Below, piece after piece: positions 38,921-56,400 of a DNA stretch of 64,000 nucleotides; within the stretch, counting starts at the first letter, position 1; each line of letters opens with the position of its first letter. A program made the translations under genes and the position numbers. Source of the stretch: Macrostomum lignano (lineage: Eukaryota). The stretch covers positions 53,317 to 117,316 of the forward strand of contig NIVC01001741.1 of NCBI GenBank assembly GCA_002269645.1, in the 5' to 3' direction. Under the pieces are notes generated by a model, which saw only the letters and a program-made list of their open reading frames with translations, searched no databases and had not been told where the DNA came from.

Positions 38921-39072
38921 GGAGTCACCCTCCTTCATCACCTTCATCACCCTGTCAGAATTGGTGATGTCACTCCGTGAAACTCTTGGTCACTTTATAG
39001 CGCACCCTGGAAAATGGCCCACTTAAAAAATTAATTTCAATATTTACAATAAATTTCAGAGCAAAAGCGGCC

Positions 39073-39319
39073 ATGATCCCGGATGTCCGGCCAAAAGCCT
39101 CGGATCACTGCGGTGGCTATTATCAGCATCACCACACGCGCCTGCAGCAGTACCCGCATCATCATCCCTACCACCTGCAGCATCTTCAGCAGCAGCATCT
39201 GCAGGCCCAGCAGCACCAGCAGCATCAACACGGCTATCCAGCAGCCACAGCGACATCATACCATCAGCACCTGGCAGCAGGGGTCTATCATCAGCAGCAA
39301 TACAGTGAGCAGCAATTCA

Positions 39320-39359
<40 letters not shown>

Positions 39360-39360
39360 G

Positions 39361-39457
<97 letters not shown>

Positions 39458-42400
39458 GCCTTATCTACCTGTCAATCTCAATTACATCATAGTTACTCCA
39501 GTGTGCGAATGCTCATGTCCCAGCTCAGATACGCCCCTCACTTATTAAAGAGTTTATCTAGTTGGAGTTATGCGCCTAAACAGGCAGCCTACCAATGGCC
39601 ATTTATAATTGCAGTCTGGCACGCAAACGCTTGGCCCAAGCAATTTTTAATATGCATCTGTTAAGAAAGAATTTGCAGAATTGTCTGCTAACTAAAGTTT
39701 TCCTGTTTTGTATTTAATTGGTTCTTTTGAGGAACTTAACTAAGGTAAATTATGAATAATTTCGGTCAATGTTTTTTGCTTTAAGTTTACGCTCTTACGC
39801 AGGTTTTTTGGACTCTAGTCAACGACTTCTTCGAGAAATCGTGCGACGCGAAGGCAAAAAATCCTTCACTTTGTCAGCCTTAAACTTCTCAATCCCTAAA
39901 CCTCACAACTCCAAACTTCACAACCACAAACTTCACAGTCCCCAAACTTTACAACCCCAATCTTCACAATCCCCAAACCTCACGGTCACAACCACAAACT
40001 TCACAACCACAAACTTCACAACCCCAAACTTCACAACCACAAACTTCACAACCCCAAACTTCACAATCCCCAAACCTCACGGTCACAACCACAAACTTCA
40101 CAACCACAAACTTCACAACCCCAATCTTCACAATCCCCAAACCTCACGGTCACAACCACAAACTTCACAACCACAAACTTCACAACCACAAACTTCACAA
40201 CCCCAAACTTCACAATCCCCAAACCTCATGGTCACGACCCCAAACTTCACAACCACAAACTTCACAACCACAAACTTCACAACCCCAATCTTCACAATCC
40301 CCAAACCTCACGGTCACAACCACAAACTTCACAACCACAAACTTCACAGTCCCCAAACTTTACAACCCCAATCTTCACAATCCCCAAACCTCACGGTCAC
40401 AACCACAAACTTCACAACCCCAAACTTCACAATCCCCAAACCTCATGGTCACGACCCCAAACTTCACAACCACAAACTTCACAACCACAAACTTCACAAC
40501 CACAAACTTCACAACCACAAACTTCACAACCACAAACTTCACAACCACAAACTTCACAACCCCAATCTTCACAATCCCCAAACCTCACGGTCACAACCAC
40601 AAACTTCACAACCACAAACTTCACAACCACAAACTTTACAACCCCAATCTTCACAATCCCCAAACCTCACGGTCACAACCACAAACTTCACAACCACAAA
40701 CTTCACAACCACAAACTTCACAACCCCAAACTTCACAACCACAAACTTCACAACCACAAACTTCACAACCCCAAACTTCACAACCACAAACTTCACAACC
40801 CCAAACTTCACAATCCCCAAACCTCACGACCCCAACTTAGCAACCATAAACTTCACAATCCCCAAACTTCACAAACACAGACTTCACATCACCAGAATTT
40901 ACAGCCCCACAACGCTAAGTTGTCAAGAAAGAGACCTAAGAGCTTAAAACTACAGTCCAGATTTCTCCTACATGAGACGTCCTTAGCCAGACATTCGGGG
41001 GTAGGTGTGTGGCAGTCAGAGACAGTCGCTGCCGCCACCGCCGTCGCCGCCGATGAGCTGCCTGACGCCATGAACTGGCTTTTTTGCTCATCATGATTGC
41101 ACCATTCATTGCCAAGTCCCTGTTAAACACGAATGCAGCTACACGCACACAATGCAACACTTCAAGATACAGCGCAGTCGGTGGGGGTGGCGGTCGCCGC
41201 AGGCGCCAGAACAGGTGGACACGCAGGGGAGGGCTTCGGTCTGCTTTGTCAACTGCAGCACAAATTGTCGAGTGGCTCTGGAGAGGGGCAGAGCCAAGTG
41301 GCACCGGTCTGGGCCTGCCTTCAATTGTATTCCATTTTTCGAACAAAAAAAGCTACAAAAGGCTGCCCCGCCAGTCGCGGCGGTGGGCGGCCCTGGCGCC
41401 CCCTCGGCAGACGGCGACTCCCGATGGCTGGCGGCGGCTCCTGGCGGCTGCAGGTGCCGCCGGGTCTGAACCAAATCTACCGAATACAGTTACACAGCAT
41501 GAAGCTTGCCGTCTGCCGTCTGAAAGCTGTGTAGCAGAGTTGCTCACTTGAGTAGGGCTGTGGTGAAACTGCAGGGCTTTCTAAGAACTCGTAGCTTTGG
41601 CATTTCTTTAGTTATTTGCCTTATCGAATGGGATGAAAGAATTTCTAATGAGAGACATTTTATCCACTGAAACTTTCTTTCGAACTCTCCTGTTTGTGAA
41701 AGTAGTGTTTAGAATAAGGCAGGGCACAGCAAAACAAAACAGGACGGGGCAGGACAGGACAGGGCAGGGCAGGACAGGACAGGACAGGACAGGACAGGAC
41801 AGGACGGGGCAGGGCAGGACAGGACAGGACAGGACAGGACAGGACAGGGCAGGACAGGACAGGACAGGACAGGACAGGACAGGACAGGGGACAGGACAGG
41901 GCAGGACAGAAAAGGACAGGAGATAGGACAGGACAGAACAGGACAGGACAGGACAGAACAGGACAGGACAGGAGACAGGGCAGGACAGGACAGAACATGG
42001 GCAGACAGGACAGGACAGGACAGGACAGGACAGGACAGGACAGGAAAGGAAGGAAGGAAAGAACAAGAACGAACAGAACAGAAAATGCCGCAGCAGCCGA
42101 AGCAGACCAATGCTCCTCTCTGAGTTCGTCGCCCGCCACCCCAGCAGGTCAGTACCGAGCTGCTCCCAGATTTCCATGGTTTGGAACAGCTGAAGCTGCC
42201 TGCAGCGGAGACGCCTGGCCAGCCGCAGCCTCCTACTACGCGTCCCCGACGGCCCCGGTGCAGCAGCCTCATCCGCCGCCTCCGCCGCCGCGGCCAGTTT
42301 ATTCTCAATCCAGCGTCGCTCCGGCGTCGAAGAAGCCGCCGAGTCCGCGCGCTGCCGTAGTCGTTGGCAGCCGCGAAAGCAGATCGGCTGGACGCCAGTG

Positions 42401-43579
42401 CGTCAACTGCGGCGCCAGCAACACGCCGCTGTGGCGCAGGGACGGCTACGGCCGCTATCTGTGCAACGCTTGCGGCCTCTACTTGAAGATAAACGGCTGC
42501 TCCAGGCCGCTGGTTCGACCTAAGAGACGACTGGTGAGTCTCAGTCTAACATTGAGCGGCTATAATGAAGCTTGCGACAACTAAACTGCCACCAACATTG
42601 CCTCCATTCCCAACCGACAGTCAACTACCAAGCGAGTTGGCATTCAATGCTCGAACTGCGGCACCGCCGCCACCACCCTGTGGCGGAGAAGCGGCACCGG
42701 CCAGCCTGTGTGCAACGCCTGCGGACTCTACTATAAACTGCACAACGTGAGTGACTCTGGGTGCAGTGACAGGCACTGAGGATCAAGGATGCAGTAACAG
42801 GCACTAAGGATCAAGGATGCAGTAACAGGCACTGAGGATCAAGGGTGCAGTGACAGGCACTGATGATCAAGGGTGCAGTGACAGGCACTGATAATCAGAG
42901 TGCAGTGACAGGCACTGAGGATCAAGTGTGCAGTGACAGGCACTGATGATCAAGGATGCAGTGTCAGATAAGCCGCAGGATAAGCCGTACTTATCAAACA
43001 CGCACATGGAACTCGCAGGTGAATCGGCCCGTGTCGATGAAGAAGGACGGCATTCAGACCCGCAATCGGAAGCTGTCCGCGACGCAGCCGCCGCAGTTCC
43101 AGCTGAGGCCAGACGGCGGCAAGGCTAACCGACTTCAAGCGTCGTCAGCTTGCGCTACGTCGGCGCCGACCTCGGCGGCAGCGGCTGCGGCAGCGGCAGT
43201 GGCGGCGGCGGCTGCGGCGGCTGCTGACTTTGAAGGCGCCGCAGCAGCCGCAGCTGCAGCGGCCGCCGCAGGCTACCTGCATAAGCTGGGCGGCGGCAGC
43301 GGCGGCGGCGGCGGTGGTGGCCCGCCAGTGTTGCCAGCCTCGGCCTATAGCGCCAGCTCGCGACACCAGCACTACTACCAGCACCAGCACCAGTCCAGCC
43401 AACAGCACCCGCACCACTATCACCAACAGTACCACCAGCACCAGCACCAGCATCAGCCAAATCGCTCTGAAAGCTTTTCTGCGGCAGCTGCGGCGGCGGC
43501 AGCGGCGGCAGCGGCAGCGGCAGCAGCTTCTGGTAGCAGTGGCAGGCACTACTATCGCTATCAGTTCCCGCCACCCTAG
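39073..43579 (+). CDS. GATA123: GATA transcription factor, GATA1/2/3 class; exons 39073-39304 (tentative), 42148-42533, 42621-42746, 43019-43579
   Basis: Two fingers, [28 protein letters not shown] and [33 protein letters not shown]. Flanks [15 protein letters not shown] and [11 protein letters not shown] match the GATA123 class rather than GATA456 (TRKRK). Junctions are frame-consistent. Confidence 0.9.
39320..39458 (+). repeat. (TGTC)n microsatellite in GATA intron 1
   Basis: Direct. Confidence 0.95.
39895..40875 (+). repeat. 15-bp-based repeat (CACAAACTTCACAAC)n
   Basis: Direct; source of the TTNFT, HNHKL and SQPQT ORFs. Confidence 0.93.
41715..42060 (+). repeat. (GGACA)n pentanucleotide microsatellite
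   Basis: Direct. Confidence 0.95.
42760..42962 (+). repeat. 28-bp minisatellite in GATA intron 3
   Basis: GGGTGCAGTGACAGGCACTGAGGATCAA units. Confidence 0.9.
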
Positions 43580-44435
43580 CCAAGACAGAGTAACAAAAGT
43601 CGGGCAATTGTGCCTTCTTGAAGAAACTCAATTTGCGTAAATATATATTCTGACACGTGTACAGACGATTGTATCAATATTTAAAATGGCATATGAATGT
43701 CGATATGAAATTCAAATTTTCAATAGAAAACCGCAGCAATTCACCCATTTCGTTTTTCAATTTCTTTTGACGGGAAAAAGTGCAATGCAGATAAACACTA
43801 TTTTTGCGCGTGCAGCATGCTACTAGCTAAGTAGTGTGTATGATAATTTTTTATCTATCCACAAATACTAGAATAACTGATGGGTCACTCAGCACATTTG
43901 CGTGTAAGCTACTTTCAGTTCAGTAGTAAGTTAAACAGAAGCATTTTAATGTATTGAAAAAGCCAAGGCTCGTTGATTGGCTCTTACCCCCCCCCCAGTT
44001 TGAACTCTCCAACCGCGCCTTTCCACACCACCCCGCCCCAATTTTTATTGCCTTTCTCGGAATTTCAGCAGCCTAATTTGCCATGTACATCTCAGTGGAC
44101 TGGCTAATGTACATTATTGCTGAACCAATTAGCAAGTTGTTTACGCCTGCAAGCTCGAGCTTCTAAACTTATCAAAGCCATTTCAGCAAGCTTTATTTTT
44201 TTAAATAGCTTATGCATTTTTCTTTGCTACTGAACTGAAAGTAGAAAGCTGTTTCGCTAAGTATAAATGCCTGAGTGGCCCATCTATTTATTTTAGTATC
44301 TATCTATCGAAAGGGCATTTAATTATGTCATATTCTAGTACACAAAAACAAGAGAAAACGCCTATTTTACTACTGACAGCTTAACAGTCGCAGTTCAATT
44401 TTGAATCGCGGCTGGTTGCTTCAAATCGGCTGGTG

Positions 44436-49754
<5,319 letters not shown>

Positions 49755-50384
49755 GGCAACAGCTTGGCAACGCGACGGGTCACTAAGAGGCTGGGGGGGC
49801 GCCTATAGCTAAAGATCCCGGTCAGCGACAGGTGTTGCCGCTTAAGATTGAGGCCGACGACCACCCGTGGAGTCTGGAATTTCGGGCGCGTTTAGAAATC
49901 GAATCGCTATAGCCCGCCCAGACATAATTATTATTGATAATTCGGATCCAAATTTATCCCATCCGATCAATAAGCCACCGCTGCGCAATTAAGGAATTAC
50001 AGGCTCAAGACGGAACTAAGTCTCCATAGCCACTCATTAGCGATGCTCGCTAACGACTCAATCCTTTCTTTGCGAAAAAACAATAATTTGAGACCCTGCA
50101 GGTCAGCGAGATTGCAAGGTGCGGCACCTGTCCAGGGGCGTCACCAGTTGGCGTTGAGACGGCATTGCGCACACAATAAGTGTGTAATCGCCAACGATTT
50201 AGGTTAGCGTTAGGGTTTAGGTTAGGCTTGGTAGCCAAACGTCTGGCAGTTACAAGATGGCTGGCTCGTAAAAGTCGTGAGCCTAAGTATGTAAATACGT
50301 TTTTTTAAATTCTCCATTGTTGAATTGATTAAAAAGTGTAAAATATTACTTTCAGAATAATCTTAAGAATCATAAGAGACATGG

Positions 50385-51840
50385 CTCACGTGGAGAATCG
50401 CTGAGATGCCAAGGCTCACGTGGAAATTTGCTCAGATTCCAAGGCTCACGTAAAGAATCGCCGAGATTCCAAGGCTGATGGGGGAATTGCTGAGATTCCA
50501 AGGCTCACTGGGGGAATTGCTGAGATTCCAAGGCTCACGTAAGGAATCGCTGAGATTCAAAGGCTGATGGGGGAATTGCTGAGATTCCAAGGCTCACTGG
50601 GGGAATTGCTGAGATTCCAAGGCTCACTGGGGGAATTGCTGAGATTCCAAGGCTCACTGGGGGAATTACTGAGATTCCAAGGCTGATGGGGGAATTGCTA
50701 AGATGTCAAGGCTCACTGAGGGGAATTGCTGAGATTCCAAGGCTGATGGGGGAATTGCTGAGATTCCAAGGCTAATGGGGGAATTTCTGAGATTCCAAGG
50801 CTGATGGGGGAATTGCTGAGATTCCAAGGCTGATGGGGGAATTGCTGAGATGCCGAGGCTCACTGGGGGGAATTGCTGAGATTCCAAGGCTCACTGGGGG
50901 AATTGCTGAGATTCCAAGGCTCACTGGGGGAATTGCTGAGACTCCAAGGCTCACTGGGGGGAATTGCTGAGATTCCAAGGCTGATGGGGGAATTGCTGAG
51001 ATTCCAAGGCTGATGGGGGAATTGCTGAGATGCCGAGGCTCACTGGGGGGAATTGCTGAGATTCCAAGGCTCACTGGGGGAATTGCTGAGATGCCAAGGC
51101 TCACTGGGGGAATTGCTGAGATGCCAAGGCTCACTGGGGGGAATTGCTGAGATTCCAAGAGTGATGGGGGAATTGCTAAGATGCCAAGGCTCACTGGGGG
51201 AATTTCTGAGATCCCAAGGCTGATGGGGGAATTGCTGAGATGCCAAGGCTGATGGGGGAATTGCTGAGATGCCAAGGCTCACTGGGGGAATTGCTGAGAT
51301 TCCAAGGCTCACTGGGGGTCGAATTGCTGAGATTCCAAGGCTTACGTAAAGAATCGCTGAGATTCCAAGGCTGATGGGGGAATTGCTGAGATTCCAAGGC
51401 TCACTGGGGGAATTGCTGAGATTCCAAGGCTCACTGGGGGAATTGCTGAGATGCCAAGGCTCACTGGGGGGAATTGCTGAGATTCCAAGAGTGATGGGGG
51501 AATTGCTAAGATGCCAAGGCTCACTGGGGGAATTTCTGAGATCCCAAGGCTGATGGGGGAATTGCTGAGATTCCAAGGCTCACTGGGGGAATTGCTGAGA
51601 TGCCAAGGCTCACTGGGGGGAATTGCTGAGATTCCAAGAGTGATGGGGGAATTGCTAAGATGCCAAGGCTCACTGGGGGAATTTCTGAGATCCCAAGGCT
51701 GATGGGGGAATTGCTGAGATTCCAAAGCTGATGGGGGAATTGCTGAGGTTCCAAGGCTCACTGGGGGGAATTGCTGAGATGCCAAGGCTGATGGGGGAAT
51801 TGCTGAGATGCCAAGGCTCACTGGGGGAATTACTGAGATG
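50385..51840 (+). repeat. ~30-bp minisatellite (GGGGGAATTGCTGAGATTCCAAGGCTCACT)n
   Basis: Direct, with variable G-run length. Confidence 0.94.
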
Positions 51841-52634
51841 GCTAATATCTAGTATTTGCTAAGTTGCTGGTAGGCTAGGCATCAAAGGGAGAGTCAGGGT
51901 CAGACAGGCCCGTGGCCCAATGCATGCTTGGATATAAAGTTACAAGTTGTTAAGCTCACTCAATAGAAATTGATGGGCTGGTCCATGGGGAGTAGAAACA
52001 GCGCCAGTTTACTAGCGTGATATTTACTTATTAGTTATATATTTATTTGTTAATTTAGTTTAGTGCAACCTTACAATTGACAGCAATAAATAGACATACA
52101 GTGCAGTACGATGCTACACGAAGTTCGAGTAAAATTTCAATTTTCAATAAAAATAGAGTAGACAGGGAAGTACAGAAAAAAAGGTAAAATAGAGAGCAAC
52201 ACCACAGGAGAGTCACGGGGGTTGCATCGAACGGGTTCTGCGATTTTGCGATGGCACCTGTGGATTAGCTAACCAATGTACTATTAACAGAATCAATTAA
52301 ATTAAAAAATAATTTAACTTACCGAGAGAAAACTGCTAATTAAATAGATTTCGTTGAATTATGAGACCAATAGTGAATAGAAAAAAGATGACGCACAATA
52401 AAGTTGACCAATAAAAATGCAAAAGCTATACATACTACTATCAGTAATAAAAAGAGGCTTAAAAACAATATTTTCATGATGACAATAGATAATTGTGTGC
52501 ACAGATCGACTGATAGAAAATCAAAGGGCAAAGATTGATGAGGGATGGAGATGGGATAGAGCACAGCGACTCAGGACCCGGGCAACTTGAACTGTCAATT
52601 CTTAAAGGTCCAGTGGTGACTGGGTGGGTAGCAG

Positions 52635-53140
52635 AAGCGGCCTAGTAGTGGAGGACCAGTATTAGAGGACCAGCAGTGGAGGACCAGTAGTGGAGGACCA
52701 GCAGCGGAGGACCAGCATTAGAGGACCAGTATTAGAGGACCAGCAGTGGAGGACCAGCAGCGGAGGACCAGCATTAGAGGACCAGCAGCGGAGGACCAGC
52801 ATTAGAGGACCAGCAGTGGAGGACCAGTAGTGGAGGCCCAGCAGTGGAGGACCAGCATTAGAGGACCAGCAGTGGAGGACCAGTAGTGGAGGCCCAGCAG
52901 TGGAGGACCAGCAGTGGAGGACCAGTATTAGAGGACCAGCAGTGGAGGACCAGTATTAGAGGACCAGCAGTGGAGGACCAGTATTAGAGGACCAGCAGTG
53001 GAGGCCCAGCAGTGGAGGCCCAGCAGTGGAGGCCCAGTAGTGGAGGCCCAGCAGTGGAGGCCCAGCAGTGGAGGCCCAGCAGTGGAGGCCCAGCAGTGGA
53101 GGCCCAGCAGTGGAGGCCCAGCAGTGAAGGCCCAGCAGTG
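52635..53140 (+). repeat. 14-bp minisatellite (GAGG(A/C)CCAGCAGTG)n
   Basis: Direct. Confidence 0.93.
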
Positions 53141-53470
53141 GCTGGGTGGGTAGCTGGGCGGCACAGTGGCCAAATATTTAGGCCTAATGAAACAGCTGTA
53201 GAACAGAAAATGATTAGAAAATGGCCTAAACAGGAAACATAAGAAATACAGACATTAGAGTACATAAATTACCATTAAGCAACATTTAGAGCGCAAAGTA
53301 GAACAACAATAGGGACAGATTAAAAATGTTGATTGCGCCCAGCACGGACTGGGCTGCTAGCTGCATAAAATAACAATTAATAATAGCTCACTCATTAGGC
53401 TACACAGGTAATAACTTTACTAATAAATAATGTGCAACAAATCAATAGTCAAACAGAGCCAAATGTTAGC

Positions 53471-56400
53471 TCAGTTGCTGCCAAGCAAAGTTTTGAATTC
53501 GTCAACTTTCTCGGGGAATCGTTGACAATATTTGTCGAAGGTCATGTACCTGGCCGTGACTAGGGTGCCTGCGGTGGAAGTGGATGCGATAGCTGAAACC
53601 TACTATGGACCAACTTTCTTAAATTGCAAAGTTTACAACTTTCTTAAAGTGCAAAGTTTACAACTTTCTTAAAGTGCAAAGTTTACAACTTTCTTAAAGT
53701 GCCATTTAAACATTTAAGAGATCAAATTTTTTCACAAGATTGAACTTGCATAACAGTAAACTGTCCCTACCTGTAAACTTGCATAACAGTAAACTGTCCC
53801 TACCTGTAAACTTGCATAACAGTAAACTGTCCCTACCTGTAAACTTGCATAACAGTAAACTGTCCCTACCTGTAAACTTGCATAACAGTAAACTGTTCCT
53901 ACCTGTAAACTTGCATAACAGTAAACTGTCCCTACCTGTAAACTTGCATAACAGTAAACTGTCCCTACCTGTAAACTTGCATAACAGTAAACTGTTCCTA
54001 CCTGTAAACTTGCATAACAGTAAACTGTCCCTACCTGTAAACTTGCATAACAGTAAACTGTCCCTACCTGTAAACTTGCATAACAGTAAACTGTCCCTAC
54101 CTGTAAACTTGCATAACAGTAAACTGTCCCTACCTGTAAACTTGCATAACAGTAAACTGTCCCTACCTGTAAACTTGCATAACAGTAAACTGCCCCTACC
54201 TGTAAACTTGCATAACAGTAAACTGTCCCTACCTGTAAACTTGCATAACAGTAAACTGTCCCTACCTGTAAACTTGTATAACAGTAAACTGTCCCTACCT
54301 GTAAACTTGCATAACAGTAAACTGCCCCTACCTGTAAACTTGCATAACAGTAAACTGTCCCTACCTGTAAACTTGCATAACAGTAAACTGTCCCTACCTG
54401 TAAACTTGTATAACAGTAAACTGTCCCTACCTGTAAACTTGCATAACAGTAAACTGCCCCTACCTGTAAACTTGCATAACAGTAAACTGCCCTACCTGTA
54501 AACTTGCATAACAGTAAACTGTCCCTACCTGTAAACTTGCATAACAGTAAACTGTCCCTACCTGTAAACTTGCATAACAGTAAACTGTCCCTACCTGTAA
54601 ACTTGCATAACAGTAAACTGTCCCTACCTGTAAACTTGCATAACAGTAAACTGTTCCTACCTGTAAACTTGCATAACAGTAAACTGTCCCTACCTGTAAA
54701 CTTGCATAACAGTAAACTGTCCCTACCTGTAAACTTGTATAACAGTAAACTGTCCCTACCTGTAAACTTGCATAACAGTAAACTGTCCCTACCTGTAAAC
54801 TTGCATAACAGTAAACTGTCCCTACCTGTAAACTTGCATAACAGTAAACTGTCCCTACCTGTAAACTTGTATAACAGTAAACTGTCCCTACCTGTAAACT
54901 TGCATAACAGTAAACTGTCCCTACCTGTAAACTTGCATAACAGTAAACTGTCCCTACCTGTAAACTTGCATAACAGTAAACTGTCCCTACCTGTAAACTT
55001 GCATAACAGTAAACTGTCCCTACCTGTAAACTTGCATAACAGTAAACTGTCCCTACCTGTAAACTTGTATAACAGTAAACTGTCCCTACCTGTAAACTTG
55101 CATAACAGTAAACTGCCCTACCTGTAAACTTGCATAACAGTAAACTGTCCCTACCTGTAAACTTGCATAACAGTAAACTGTCCCTACCTGTAAACTTGCA
55201 TAACAGTAAACTGTCCCTACCTGTAAACTTGCATAACAGTAAACTGTCCCTACCTGTAAACTTGTATAACAGTAAACTGTCCCTACCTGTAAACTTGCAT
55301 AACAGTAAACTGTCCCTACCTGTAAACTTGCATAACAGTAAACTGTCCCTACCTGTAAACTTGCATAACAGTAAACTGTCCCTACCTGTAAACTTGCATA
55401 ACAGTAAACTGTTCCTACCTGTAAACTTGCATAACAGTAAACTGTCCCTACCTGTAAACTTGCATAACAGTAAACTGTCCCTACCTGTAAACTTGCATAA
55501 CAGTAAACTGTCCCTACCTGTAAACTTGCATAACAGTAAACTGTCCCTACCTGTAAACTTGCATAACAGTAAACTGTTCCTACCTGTAAACTTGCATAAC
55601 AGTAAACTGTCCCTACCTGTAAACTTGCATAACAGTAAACTGTCCCTACCTGTAAACTTGTATAACAGTAAACTGTCCCTACCTGTAAACTTGCATAACA
55701 GTAAACTGTCCCTACCTGTAAACTTGCATAACAGTAAACTGTCCCTACCTGTAAACTTGTATAACAGTAAACTGTCCCTACCTGTAAACTTGCATAACAG
55801 TAAACTGTCCCTACCTGTAAACTTGCATAACAGTAAACTGTCCCTACCTGTAAACTTGTATAACAGTAAACTGTCCCTACCTGTAAACTTGCATAACAGT
55901 AAACTGTTCCTACCTGTAAACTTGCATAACAGTAAACTGTCCCTACCTGTAAACTTGCATAACAGTAAACTGTCCCTACCTGTAAACTTGCATAACAGTA
56001 AACTGTTCCTACCTGTAAACTTGTATAACAGTAAACTGTCCCTACCTGTAAACTTACATAACAGTAAACTGTTCCTACCTGTAAACTTGCATAACAGTAA
56101 ACTGTTCCTACCTGTAAACTTGTATAACAGTAAACTGTCCCTACCTGTAAACTTGCATAACAGTAAACTGTCCCTACCTGTAAACTTGCATAACAGTAAA
56201 CTGTCCCTACCTGTAAACTTGCATAACAGTAAACTGCCCCTACCTGTAAACTTGCATAACAGTAAACTGTCCCTACCTGTAAACTTGCATAACAGTAAAC
56301 TGCCCCTACCTGTAAACTTGCATAACAGTAAACTGCCCCTACCTGTAAACTTGCATAACAGTAAACTGTCCCTACCTGTAAACTTGCATAACAGTAAACT

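Noticed and set aside
39486-39500. TCATAGTTACTCC, a second match to the 28S segment
   Set aside because: Only 13 nt, and the flanks do not extend.
49930-49960. GATA motifs upstream of Rh suggesting regulation by the neighbouring GATA gene
   Set aside because: One or two such motifs are expected by chance in AT-rich DNA; adjacency alone is not evidence.
50200-50228. Telomere-like TTAGGG variants
   Set aside because: Only a few degenerate units; not an interstitial telomere array.
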